The position numbers were made by a program, and so were the translations under genes. The notes beneath the pieces were generated by a model, which was given only the letters and a program-made list of their open reading frames with translations, had not been told where the DNA came from and ran no database searches. A stretch of DNA of 64,000 nt from an uncultured delta proteobacterium (GTDB lineage: Bacteria; Desulfobacterota; Desulfuromonadia; Desulfuromonadales; JACZKF01), in contig CAWFKQ010000005.1 in assembly GCA_963816395.1 (NCBI GenBank), positions 1-64,000 on the forward strand. The letters run 5' to 3'. Below are positions 9,971 to 19,055 of this stretch, in pieces (positions within the stretch are counted from its first letter, which is position 1; each line of letters starts with the position of its first letter).

Positions 9971-10057
9971 GGTTTGGAAAAATCAACGAAAGGGTGTAAT
10001 CTGAGTATATACCCTCCGCAGTTCCAGGGAGGACAACGGGAAAGGAGGCACCCTTTC

Positions 10058-10276
10058 ATGACAGGAAAAATTTTTTATCGGGAAAGGTCCAAGATCGTCG
10101 ATGGTGCGCATCAGCCACGCTACATCCTGGTGGCGGTTGCGGACCTCAATCTCCAGGTCTACGGGCAGCATCTGCGGATGAGCGAGCTCAAGCATATTGC
10201 GTCGTCGGTCGGCGCCGAGCTCGTCCATCTCCCCCGCGGGCCGAAACACCAGGGGGAGGCAACCGGCGAGGATTGA
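10058..10276 (+). CDS. Small hypothetical protein (72 aa)
   Basis: AGGAGG RBS, globular-looking sequence, followed by a terminator. Confidence 0.65.
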   Translation: MTGKIFYRERSKIVDGAHQPRYILVAVADLNLQVYGQHLRMSELKHIASSVGAELVHLPRGPKHQGEATGED

Positions 10277-10297
10277 CCCTCCAGCAGGAAATGGTAC

Positions 10298-10336
10298 AAA
10301 AAGAGGGGGGCCGCCAGCAGGTGGTCCCCCTCGTTT
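10298..10336. terminator. Probable bidirectional terminator
   Basis: AAAAA-GAGGGGGGCCGCC...GGTGGTCCCCCTC-GTTT between convergent genes. Confidence 0.7.
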
Positions 10337-10364
10337 GGTTCCGGGTCCGGTTGATGCCCTGACT

Positions 10365-11756
10365 TCACCCCACCTCGTTGTACTCCCGCTCCCGAAACGC
10401 CACCCCGAGTTCGGCCGCCACCCGGCGGCAGGCTTCGACGTCCAGACCGGGAAGAGCGACGGCGGTGGCGGTAACCGAGGGGATGTAATCCGGCGCCTGG
10501 CGCAGGAAGGCTTTGACCGCCTCATAGCTCTCCGCGCCGAAGCGGGAGCGGCAGAGGCGCTGGTAGGTTTCGGCATCGGCGGCGTTCAGGGAGACGGAGA
10601 CGGCATCGATCAGACCCTGCAGTTCGGGAAGGATGTTGCGGCCGTGCGCCAGGTTGGCCTGGCCGTCGGTATTCACCCGCACCCGCACGCCTCGCTGCTT
10701 CAGCCAGGCGGCGACTTCTTTTACCAGGTCGAGGCGCAGCAGCGGCTCGCCATAACCGCAGAAAACAACCTCCTCCCATTGTTGCGGATCGCCGATCGCC
10801 GCAATGACTTCCGCCGCCGACGGTTCACATTCCAGTTGCAGGTGGTGCCCCTTGACGGTGAAATCCTTGAATTTCGCGCAGAAAGTACAGGCGTTGGTAC
10901 AGCTGTTGGTGACGTTCAGGTAGAGGGAACGGCGGATGGGGTAGGCGATCCGGGTGGTGCGGTCCGCCTCGCCGATGCCGAAGAGCTGAAAAGCGTTCAG
11001 GGTGGTGATGCGCGCCACGTCCTCGATGCTCAGCCCCTTGATCTCGGCAATCCGTTCGGCGGTGTGCCGCACGTAGGCCGGTTCGTTGCGCCGGCCGCGG
11101 AAGGTCTGCGGTGGCAGATAGGGGCAATCGGTTTCCACCAGCATGCAGTCGATGGGAAGCCCCTGCACGACCGCCCGGACGGCATCGTTTTTGGGATAGG
11201 TGACGGTTCCCGGAATGGAGATGTAGAAGCCCATCTGCAGACAGGCGCGGGCCATCTCCAGATCGCCGCTGAAGCAGTGCAGAACGCCGCCGACCTCCGC
11301 CGCCCGTTCCTCGCGCAGGATCTGAACCACCTCCTGGTGCGCTTCGCGGTCATGGACGATGATCGGCAGTCCGACTTCCCGCGCCAGGCGGATCTGATGG
11401 CGGAAGGCTTTTCGCTGGGTGTCACGGGGCGCCCGGTCGCGGTAGAAGTCGAGGCCGATCTCGCCCACGGCGACGATCTTCGGTTCGGCGCGGATCAGGG
11501 TTTTCAGTTCCGCCAGCGTCTCCGCGGTCGCCGTAAGGGCATCGTGCGGATGGATTCCGGCAGCAGCATAAATTTCCGGATGACGGTTGGCAATTTCGGC
11601 GTTCAGGCGCGAACTGGCGAAATCGGTGCCGACGGTAACAATGCGGGTGATGCCGCTCTCCAGGGCACGTGTAATGACCGCGTCCCGGTCGTCATGAAAC
11701 TGTCCGCTGTCGAGGTGAGCATGGGTATCGACCAGCAGGGGAAGCCGGTTTTCCAT
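10365..11756 (-). CDS. tatD: TatD DNase fused to TatD-associated radical SAM domain
   Basis: DTHAH, GIHPH, GEIGLD, HDREAH, LHCF, ETDCPY, then CTNACTFC and FCGYGEP. Confidence 0.92.
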   Translation of the reverse strand: MENRLPLLVDTHAHLDSGQFHDDRDAVITRALESGITRIVTVGTDFASSRLNAEIANRHPEIYAAAGIHPHDALTATAETLAELKTLIRAEPKIVAVGEIGLDFYRDRAPRDTQRKAFRHQIRLAREVGLPIIVHDREAHQEVVQILREERAAEVGGVLHCFSGDLEMARACLQMGFYISIPGTVTYPKNDAVRAVVQGLPIDCMLVETDCPYLPPQTFRGRRNEPAYVRHTAERIAEIKGLSIEDVARITTLNAFQLFGIGEADRTTRIAYPIRRSLYLNVTNSCTNACTFCAKFKDFTVKGHHLQLECEPSAAEVIAAIGDPQQWEEVVFCGYGEPLLRLDLVKEVAAWLKQRGVRVRVNTDGQANLAHGRNILPELQGLIDAVSVSLNAADAETYQRLCRSRFGAESYEAVKAFLRQAPDYIPSVTATAVALPGLDVEACRRVAAELGVAFREREYNEVG

Positions 11757-11830
11757 TTTGAACTCCAAATAGCTAAGGGGCGCTGCGCGCCCCCCCTGTA
11801 AGTGGAAATTGAACTTTCGATATAAAAATT

Positions 11831-13363
11831 CTATTCTGTTTCGATGCGTGGGAAAAGCGGTTCAGCTTTCTGGATGGTCATGCCTTCCTGGAGACCGCCC
11901 CAGGCGTCTCTTCCTTCCAGGGACATGTCCGTACCATCCAGACCGAGTATTTCCAGAATCCTGGCTCCGGTCGCCGGCAGGAAGGGGGCGACCAGCAAGG
12001 CGATCAGCCGCACCGCCTCGAGCAGATTGTACATCACCGTCCTCAGGCGTTCCCGGTCGGCCTCCTGTCTGGCCAGGGTCCAGGGGGCGGTTTCATCGAT
12101 ATACTTGTTGGCCGCGCCGACCAGGTCCCACACGGCCTGTAGCGCCTTGTTGAATGCAAGGTCCTGCATGTGGGCGTCAACGGCCCGTACGCCGACTGGG
12201 AACCGGCCGATAAAGGCCTCGTCGGTTGCCGACAACGCGCCGGGGGCGGGAAGGCGGCCACCGAAATATTTGTTGGCCATGGCCGTGGAGCGGCTGACCA
12301 GGTTGCCCAGGTCGTTGGCAAGATCGGAATTGATACGGTGCACCAGGGCGGCATGGGAGAAGTCGCCGTCCAGGCCGAAGGGAACCTCGCGCAGCAGGAA
12401 GTAGCGGATGGCATCGACCCCGTAGCGATCGACCAGCATGTTCGGCTCCACCACATTCTGCAGGCTCTTGCTCATCTTCTGCCCCTCGACGGTCCACCAG
12501 CCGTGGGCAAAAACCTTTTTCGGCAGGGGGATGCCGGCCGCCAGCAGAAAGGTCGGCCAGTATACGGTATGAAAACGCAGGATGTCCTTGCCGATAACAT
12601 GCACGTCGGCAGGCCAGAAGGTGGCGAAATTCCCTTCCGGATCATCAGGATAGCCGAGGGCAGTGATGTAATTTGTCAGGGCGTCGAACCATACGTATAT
12701 GACATGCCGTTCGTCCCCTGGTACCGGAATTCCCCAGGAAAAAGAGGTGCGGGAAATGGAAAGGTCGCGTAATCCCTCGCGGACGAAGTTGATGATTTCG
12801 TTACGGCGGGTGCGCGGCTGAATGAAATCGGGGTTGGCTTCAATGTGCCGGAGCAACTCCTGCTGGTATTTGCTCATGCGGAAGAAATAGGAGGCTTCCT
12901 TGAGCTTCTCGGTCGGCCGGCCGCAGTCGGGGCAACAGCCATCCATTAACTGGGTTTCGGTCCAGAATGTCTCACAGGGAGTACAGTACCAGTCCTCGTA
13001 CTCGCCGAGATAGATGTCACCCTTCTCCTGAATCAGCCGAAACAACTCGCCGACTCCCTTTTTATGCCGCTCCTGGGAGGTACGGATGAAGTCGGTATGG
13101 GAGATCCCCAGCTTTTCCCAGAGGGCCTGAAAGCGTTTGACCACCCGGTCGGCGAGTTCCAGAGGAGTCTCCCCTTTCGCCTGCGCGGCTTTTTCCACCT
13201 TCTGCCCATGCTCGTCGGTTCCGGTGAGAAAAAAAACCTGGTGGCCTCGAGAACGTTTGTAGCGGGCCAGGGCATCGCACGCAAGGGTGGTATAGGCGTG
13301 GCCGATGTGCGGAACGTCATTGACGTAATAGATGGGTGTGGTGATGTAGAAAGAGTTGGCCAT
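11831..13363 (-). CDS. metG: Methionyl-tRNA synthetase (short form, no C-terminal tRNA-binding domain)
   Basis: FYITTPIYY, HIGH, GTDEHGQK, Zn knuckle, KMSKS. Confidence 0.97.
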   Translation of the reverse strand: MANSFYITTPIYYVNDVPHIGHAYTTLACDALARYKRSRGHQVFFLTGTDEHGQKVEKAAQAKGETPLELADRVVKRFQALWEKLGISHTDFIRTSQERHKKGVGELFRLIQEKGDIYLGEYEDWYCTPCETFWTETQLMDGCCPDCGRPTEKLKEASYFFRMSKYQQELLRHIEANPDFIQPRTRRNEIINFVREGLRDLSISRTSFSWGIPVPGDERHVIYVWFDALTNYITALGYPDDPEGNFATFWPADVHVIGKDILRFHTVYWPTFLLAAGIPLPKKVFAHGWWTVEGQKMSKSLQNVVEPNMLVDRYGVDAIRYFLLREVPFGLDGDFSHAALVHRINSDLANDLGNLVSRSTAMANKYFGGRLPAPGALSATDEAFIGRFPVGVRAVDAHMQDLAFNKALQAVWDLVGAANKYIDETAPWTLARQEADRERLRTVMYNLLEAVRLIALLVAPFLPATGARILEILGLDGTDMSLEGRDAWGGLQEGMTIQKAEPLFPRIETE

Positions 13364-13373
13364 CGTCATCTCC

Positions 13374-14450
13374 TCATTGTTTGCGTCGCGACCGGCGGCG
13401 TCCGCGTTTCCGTTTTCCTTCCGGGTGGGAAGGCGGCTCGCCGGTGGGGGCGGCCGCAGCCGGTTCTCCTGCGGGAGAACTCGCCGCTGCCTGTTCGCTG
13501 CGCGGGGCGTTTTTCGATCGCGGCGGGCGAGGACCCTTCGATCGTTTCCCATCCTCGGGGCGGGATTCTTCGCGCCGCCTTGGCTCGGTGCCCTGGCCGA
13601 CGCCCTCAACCGGCTGGGCTGCCGCTTCGGGGTCTTTTCTCTCGAGTTCATCGGCGGTCAACTCTTTTATTTTTCCGTCTTCCTGCCGGACGGTGACGGT
13701 CTGCGACAGGACATTTTGCTCGAGGACTTCCATCTCCCGGCCGGCCAACTGAATCCGACGGCCGCATTTGGGCAATCCCTTTTTCATGGCGCAGTAGGTC
13801 TCAAACTCATAAGCCAGACAGCACAGGAGGCGACCGCATTGGCCGGAAATCTTGTTGGGATTGAGGGCAAGACCCTGTTCCTTGGCCATTTTCACCGACA
13901 CCGGGGCGAATTCATTGAGGAAGGTGCAACAGCACAGTTCCCGACCGCAGATGCCGATGCCGCCGGTGAGCTTGGCCTCGTCGCGCACCCCGATCTGGCG
14001 CATTTCGATGCGGGTGTGGAAATGGTGGGCCAGATCCTTGACCAGTTCGCGGAAATCGACCCGCCCGTCGGCAGTGAAATAGAAGATGATTTTCGAGCCG
14101 TCGAAAAGAAATTCGGCCCCGACCAGTTTCATCTCCATTTTTCGGTCTTGGATGCGCTGTTGGCAGAAGCGGAAGGCATCGCCTTCTCTTGGCGGCGGTG
14201 CTGGCGGCGAGGGCAACGTCATCGTCCGTGGCCGGACGGATGACGTTTTTGAGATCTTCCGGGACCTTCTCCCGGGGGACTTCGCGGGGGGGAGAACGAC
14301 CGTTCCAAGCGCCCGGCCGCGATCGGTTTCGACAATCACCCGGTCGCCGGCGCCGAAATCAAGGTTTTGCGCATTGAAATCATAGTGCCGGCCGGCGGTA
14401 CGGAATTTGACCGCTACCAAGCGGATGCTGTTTTCTACGGTATCTGCCAT
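13374..14450 (-). CDS. ricT: PSP1/YaaT (RicT) family protein
   Basis: FYFTADGRVDFRELVKDLA, GICGRELCC, KISGQCGRLLCCL. Compensating frameshift pair at about 14185-14292. Confidence 0.88.
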   Translation of the reverse strand: MADTVENSIRLVAVKFRTAGRHYDFNAQNLDFGAGDRVIVETDRGRALGTVVLPPAKSPGRRSRKISKTSSVRPRTMTLPSPPAPPPREGDAFRFCQQRIQDRKMEMKLVGAEFLFDGSKIIFYFTADGRVDFRELVKDLAHHFHTRIEMRQIGVRDEAKLTGGIGICGRELCCCTFLNEFAPVSVKMAKEQGLALNPNKISGQCGRLLCCLAYEFETYCAMKKGLPKCGRRIQLAGREMEVLEQNVLSQTVTVRQEDGKIKELTADELERKDPEAAAQPVEGVGQGTEPRRREESRPEDGKRSKGPRPPRSKNAPRSEQAAASSPAGEPAAAAPTGEPPSHPEGKRKRGRRRSRRKQ

Positions 14451-14503
14451 GTGAATCCCAAACGTTTAGGGTCGAGACGGCTGACGGCCGTCCGACGCAG
14501 GTT

Positions 14504-15472
14504 CTACGCCGCAAGGCGCAGGAGCAGCACATCCATCGCCAGTTGCCGGTTGACGTTGCGCTCGAGTTGGCGACGGACTGCGGCAATAGCTTCCAGCTTC
14601 CGCAGCAGCGAAAAGACGCTTTCTCTGGCTGCTACCCGCCGGAGTTTCTCCCGCAGGTCAATATTGACCAGATCGCTTTCCGGGCTGCCGTGGTGGAGCA
14701 GGAGCAGGTCACGGTAGAAAGACTGGAGAATCTCCAGTATTTCCGGGAGCCTTTCCTTTTCTTCCGCCAGCTGCCGGGCCAGATCAAACAGGGGCAGTAC
14801 GCTCCCCGCGGAAAGGGCCGTTACCGCCTTGAGAATCTCCCGGCGGCGCTCCAGGTACAAGTCGCGGTCCTTCCCCAGGGCTTTATGGAAACTCCCTTCG
14901 GAAAGGGCGGCCAGTACATGGCCCTCGACTTCGGCCAGCCCCAAACGCTCCCGCAGCACCTTCCTGAGCAGTTCACGCGGCAGGCGGGAGAAGGGAAGGC
15001 GCTGACAGCGGGAACGTATGGTTCCCAACACCCCTTCGCTGTTCGCTGTGAGGAGAATCAGCAGGGCATTGCCGGCGGGTTCTTCCAGGGTTTTGAGCAG
15101 GGCGTTGCCGGCCGCCGAGTTCATCTTCTCCGCGCCCTCGATCAGGCAGACTTTCTTCTTCCCTTCCAGCGGCCGGTAGGCCAGTTCACGCTGCAGCGTG
15201 CGGATCTGCTCGATCTTGATCGAGGCGCCTTCCGGCTCCAGTAGGTGGAGATCGGGATGGTTCTGGTGATCGATGCGGCGGCAGGGGGGACAGTCGCCGC
15301 AGCCGTTCCCGTTGCTGCAGAAGACTGCCCGCACCAAGGCCAGCGCCATCAGTCGCTTGCCTATTCCTTCGGGCCCTTCGAAGAGGTAGGCGTGCGCCAG
15401 ACGGCCGGAAGCAAGGGCCCGGCGCAGGATATCTTTCTGTCGATCATGACCTAGAATCTGAGCGAAGGTCAC
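14504..15472 (-). CDS. holB: DNA polymerase III delta prime
   Basis: HAYLFEGPEGIGK, C..C..C Zn motif, HPD, NALLKTLEEP, TIRSRC. Confidence 0.95.
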   Translation of the reverse strand: MTFAQILGHDRQKDILRRALASGRLAHAYLFEGPEGIGKRLMALALVRAVFCSNGNGCGDCPPCRRIDHQNHPDLHLLEPEGASIKIEQIRTLQRELAYRPLEGKKKVCLIEGAEKMNSAAGNALLKTLEEPAGNALLILLTANSEGVLGTIRSRCQRLPFSRLPRELLRKVLRERLGLAEVEGHVLAALSEGSFHKALGKDRDLYLERRREILKAVTALSAGSVLPLFDLARQLAEEKERLPEILEILQSFYRDLLLLHHGSPESDLVNIDLREKLRRVAARESVFSLLRKLEAIAAVRRQLERNVNRQLAMDVLLLRLAA

Positions 15473-16116
15473 GTCGGAACCCCCCGGCCTAAAAAGGCCT
15501 TGACAACCGCCGCCACGCGCTCGGCAATGTCATCCTCCGGACCGCGGGCATCAATGATGCGGAAGCGGGATTCCCGGCGCGCCAGTTCCAGATATCCCTC
15601 CCGTACCCGCCGATGAAAGGCGAGCGCTTCCCGTTCGAAGCGGTCTTCATGCGCCAGGGCCTGCTCAGTGTTGCGCCGGCGGGCCCGGTGCAGACCTGCC
15701 TCTGCAGGCATGTCGAGGAGTAGCGTCAGATCTGGGGAGAGCTTGCCGGCAGCCAAGCGGTTCAGATCGGTAATCAGCGGCAGGTCAAGCCCCCGGCCGA
15801 AGCCCTGATAGGCGAGGGTGGCGTCGGCAAAGCGATCGCACAGCACTGTTTTACCTGTCTGCAGGGCAGGGCGGATAATCTCGTCCACATGCTGGGCCCG
15901 GGCTGCCGCATAGAGCAGGAGTTCGGCCCGGGGAACCAGAGCGGCGGAGGCCGGATCGAGGAGGATGCCGCGGACCGCGTCGGCTATCGGACACCCCCCC
16001 GGCTCACGGGTGACCAGCACTTTGTGGCCGGTGGCCTGCAGCGTTTTGGCCAGGCGCTGGATCTGGGTGGTTTTTCCCGCCCCCTCAATTCCCTCGAAGG
16101 TGATGAATACAGACAT
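15469..16116 (-). CDS. tmk: Thymidylate kinase
   Basis: FITFEGIEGAGKTTQ, TREPGG, LCDRF, AYQG. Confidence 0.96.
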   Translation of the reverse strand: MSVFITFEGIEGAGKTTQIQRLAKTLQATGHKVLVTREPGGCPIADAVRGILLDPASAALVPRAELLLYAAARAQHVDEIIRPALQTGKTVLCDRFADATLAYQGFGRGLDLPLITDLNRLAAGKLSPDLTLLLDMPAEAGLHRARRRNTEQALAHEDRFEREALAFHRRVREGYLELARRESRFRIIDARGPEDDIAERVAAVVKAFLGRGVPT

Positions 16117-16278
16117 TATCAAAGCTACCATCAGGGTAAATCATAGTATTATAGAAACGGCGGAGGGAAGAATCAAGAGAAAACCAGGAAATAGACTTCA
16201 GTTTGCGTTGCCAAGGTGAAGCACTATCCGGTATACTCCGGGCGGTCGCGACTCCTGGCCAATGCATGAGGAGAGAGG

Positions 16279-16986
16279 GTGAAGAACGGAGATCATGAGT
16301 CGCTGCTGGCAACCCTGGAAAAAAGGATCGGCTACCGTTTCCGGGATGCCGGCCGCCTGCAGGAGGCGCTCACTCACAAGTCGTTTGCCAATGAGCAGCC
16401 CGGACGCGCCCTGGCCCATAATGAGCGGCTGGAGTTTCTCGGTGATGCCGTCCTTGACCTGGTGATCAGCCAGAGGATATTCGAGACGTTTCCTGCTCTG
16501 CCGGAAGGGGAGTTGACCCGGATCCGGGCCGAGGTTGTGCGGGAAGAGGGTTTGGCCGCCATTGGTCGGGATCTGCAGATGGGGGAATGCCTGTGGCTCG
16601 GAAAGGGTGAGGAGAAGAGTGGCGGGCGGCAGAAGGACAGTCTGATCGCCGATGCCGTGGAAGCCGTTCTCGGAGCCATCTTCTGCGACGGGGGCCTGCC
16701 TGCCGTCGCCCCTGTCATCGAAAAGCATTTTGGCGATATGATAGAACACTCGGCCAGGCGTCTGGTGAGTGTTGATCACAAAACACGGCTGCAGGAACTG
16801 CTGCAGGCCCGGTACGGCCGGACTCCTGTGTATTCGCTGGTTCTGGCGGAAGGACCTGACCACCAGAGGGTCTATACAGTAGAAGTGCATTTCGAGGAAA
16901 AGGCGATCGGCTGCGGCCGGGGACGGACCAAAAAGGCCGCTGAGCAGGAAGCCGCCCGCAAAGCTTTGGTCATCCTGGATCGCTGA
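16279..16986 (+). CDS. rnc: Ribonuclease III
   Basis: ALTHKS, NERLEFLGDAVL, C-terminal dsRBD. Confidence 0.97.
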   Translation: MKNGDHESLLATLEKRIGYRFRDAGRLQEALTHKSFANEQPGRALAHNERLEFLGDAVLDLVISQRIFETFPALPEGELTRIRAEVVREEGLAAIGRDLQMGECLWLGKGEEKSGGRQKDSLIADAVEAVLGAIFCDGGLPAVAPVIEKHFGDMIEHSARRLVSVDHKTRLQELLQARYGRTPVYSLVLAEGPDHQRVYTVEVHFEEKAIGCGRGRTKKAAEQEAARKALVILDR

Positions 16987-16989
16987 GCG

Positions 16990-17982
16990 ATGCAGATCTA
17001 TCCCTTGTTCCTTCCCTATGCGGGCTGCCCGCACCGCTGCCGGTTCTGCCGGCAAGCCGAGAGCGAACTTCCGACCCCGGGAGAGATCGAAACGTTTTTG
17101 GAAGGCGTCCTTCCTGCCGCGGGCGGCGGCGAGATAGCCTTCTACGGCGGGACCTTCACCCTTCTGCCGGTGCCGCTGCAGGAGGCTTACCTGAGGTCGG
17201 TCGCGCCTTTTCTGGCTGCCGGCCGGGTCGCCGGCATTCGCCTCTCCACCCGCCCGGACGCCTTGCCGGTGGCCACGGTGGAGCGGTTGCGGGCACTTCG
17301 GGTAACAACGGTCGAGATCGGCTGCCAGTCCTTCTCTACTATGGTCCTCGATCATTGCGGTCGGGGGCACGGACCGCTGGGGGTAACGGCGGCGGTCGCC
17401 CGGCTGCGCCGGGCCGGGTTACGGGTCGGCCTGCAGCTGATGCCGGGGCTTCCCGGCGGCGACCGCGCAGAAGCCGTCGCCTCCCTGCATGCCGCCCTTG
17501 ATTTGCACCCGGATTTTCTCCGTATCTATCCGGCGGTCGTGTTTCGGGGGACGGAGCTGGAGCGCGACTGGCGGGTCGGCGAATATAACCCACTGTCACT
17601 GTCCGAGGCGGTCGACTGGTGCGCCGAAATGCTCTGGCTCTGCCGGCGAGCCGGGGTACCGGTGGTCCGTACCGGGCTGCAGGGTACGCCGGATCTGGAG
17701 CGGGAGCTCGTGGCCGGGCCCTGGCATCCGGCCTTCGGCCAACTGGTTCGCTCCCGATTGTGGCTGCGGGCGCTACGCCGGACCGCGGCAGGTACCGGCA
17801 GTCTGCTGGCAGAAGTGGCGCCGGCAGACCTGGGAGACGCCCAGGGTCACCGCCGGGAGAACCTGGCCGAACTGCGGGGAAGTCTCGGCAGCTTCACCAT
17901 TGCCGCCCGTGCCGGGTTGGCGCGAGAGCAACTGAGGGTGGATGGGCAAAGCTTCGATCTATGGAATATGGCCAATTATTGA
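16990..17982 (+). CDS. Elp3/YhcC-like radical SAM protein
   Basis: GCPHRCRFC, AFYGGTFT, IRLSTRPD, QLMPGLPG, RIYP. Confidence 0.88.
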   Translation: MQIYPLFLPYAGCPHRCRFCRQAESELPTPGEIETFLEGVLPAAGGGEIAFYGGTFTLLPVPLQEAYLRSVAPFLAAGRVAGIRLSTRPDALPVATVERLRALRVTTVEIGCQSFSTMVLDHCGRGHGPLGVTAAVARLRRAGLRVGLQLMPGLPGGDRAEAVASLHAALDLHPDFLRIYPAVVFRGTELERDWRVGEYNPLSLSEAVDWCAEMLWLCRRAGVPVVRTGLQGTPDLERELVAGPWHPAFGQLVRSRLWLRALRRTAAGTGSLLAEVAPADLGDAQGHRRENLAELRGSLGSFTIAARAGLAREQLRVDGQSFDLWNMANY

Positions 17983-17997
17983 GAGACAGGACCCTTC

Positions 17998-18906
17998 GTG
18001 ACCACTGAGCATGACCAAAATCAGCAGTACCGTTCCGGTTTCGTTTCCATCGTCGGCCGGCCGAACGTCGGCAAGTCGACCTTGCTCAACCAGGTGCTGG
18101 GGCAGAAGATCGCCATCACCTCGCCAAAGCCGCAGACTACCCGTAACCGTCTACTGGGAATTCACCATTTTTCGGGGGGGCAGATCCTCTTCCTCGACAC
18201 CCCGGGGATCCACCAGACCAGGGGGCGATTGAACAAGTACATGGTCGACCAGGCCTTGTCGGCCTGCTCCGAGGTCGATCTCGTTCTTTTTCTGGTCGAT
18301 GCCGATCGCCGGTCAGGAGAGGAGGATTTCATTCTGGAGGTTCTCGGCCACGGCGCGGCGCCTGTCCTGCTGGTGATCAACAAGATCGATCTGGTTCGCA
18401 AACCTTCTTTGCTGCCGCTGATCGATACATATGCCGGGAAATTCCCTTTCGCGGACATCATTCCCGTCTCGGCGCTGACCGGCGAGGGAATCGAGGAACT
18501 GACCGCCGCCATCGTGAACCGCTTGCCGTCCGGACCCCGATACTATCCGGAGGATATGGTTACCGACCTGCCGGAGCGGTTCATCGCCGCCGAGATGATC
18601 CGGGAGCAGGTTCTGCGCCAGACCCGGGAAGAAATTCCTTATGGGGTGGCAGTGACCATTGAGAATTTTGCCGAGAAGCCGGAACGCAATCTGGTGGTCA
18701 TCAATGCAGTTATTCATGTTGAGCGGGAGACTCACAAGCGCATCGTCGTCGGCAGGGGTGGGGGGATGTTGCGCGCCATCGGCCGCGCGGCAAGGGAGGA
18801 TATCGAGCGACTTCTTGGGTGCCGGGTTTTCCTCGAAACCTTTGTCCGGGTCGACCGCAACTGGACCGAATCCGCCCGCTTGCTCAAGGAATTCGGCTAC
18901 GATTGA
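17998..18906 (+). CDS. era: GTPase Era
   Basis: [22 protein letters not shown] domain. Confidence 0.97.
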   Translation: MTTEHDQNQQYRSGFVSIVGRPNVGKSTLLNQVLGQKIAITSPKPQTTRNRLLGIHHFSGGQILFLDTPGIHQTRGRLNKYMVDQALSACSEVDLVLFLVDADRRSGEEDFILEVLGHGAAPVLLVINKIDLVRKPSLLPLIDTYAGKFPFADIIPVSALTGEGIEELTAAIVNRLPSGPRYYPEDMVTDLPERFIAAEMIREQVLRQTREEIPYGVAVTIENFAEKPERNLVVINAVIHVERETHKRIVVGRGGGMLRAIGRAAREDIERLLGCRVFLETFVRVDRNWTESARLLKEFGYD

Positions 18907-18917
18907 AAAAGGCCTTC

Positions 18918-19016
18918 AACGCGGAGACGCGGAGGCGCGGAGAATACAGAGCTGATCCGTCCTGAGCCAGAAGAATAAGGGTAAGGGAACCCTCGGCGTC
19001 TCCGCGCCTCCGCGTT
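18918..19016. repeat. REP-like imperfect palindrome built of 8-nt units
   Basis: AACGCGGAGACGCGGAGGCGCGGAG (18918-18942) pairs with CTCGGCGTCTCCGCGCCTCCGCGTT (18992-19016), 22 of 25 matching. Confidence 0.8.
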
Positions 19017-19055
19017 AGAGAATTTGGTATCAACTTCCAGGCAGGTAGAGAATAG

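Noticed and set aside
10197..11801. 534-aa plus-strand ORF and similar long shadow ORFs (7905-9122, 16198-17370, 26505-27557, 44931-46034, 54644-55603, 62132-63028)
   Set aside because: They are antisense to well-supported genes and carry no motifs, as expected from high-GC codon bias.
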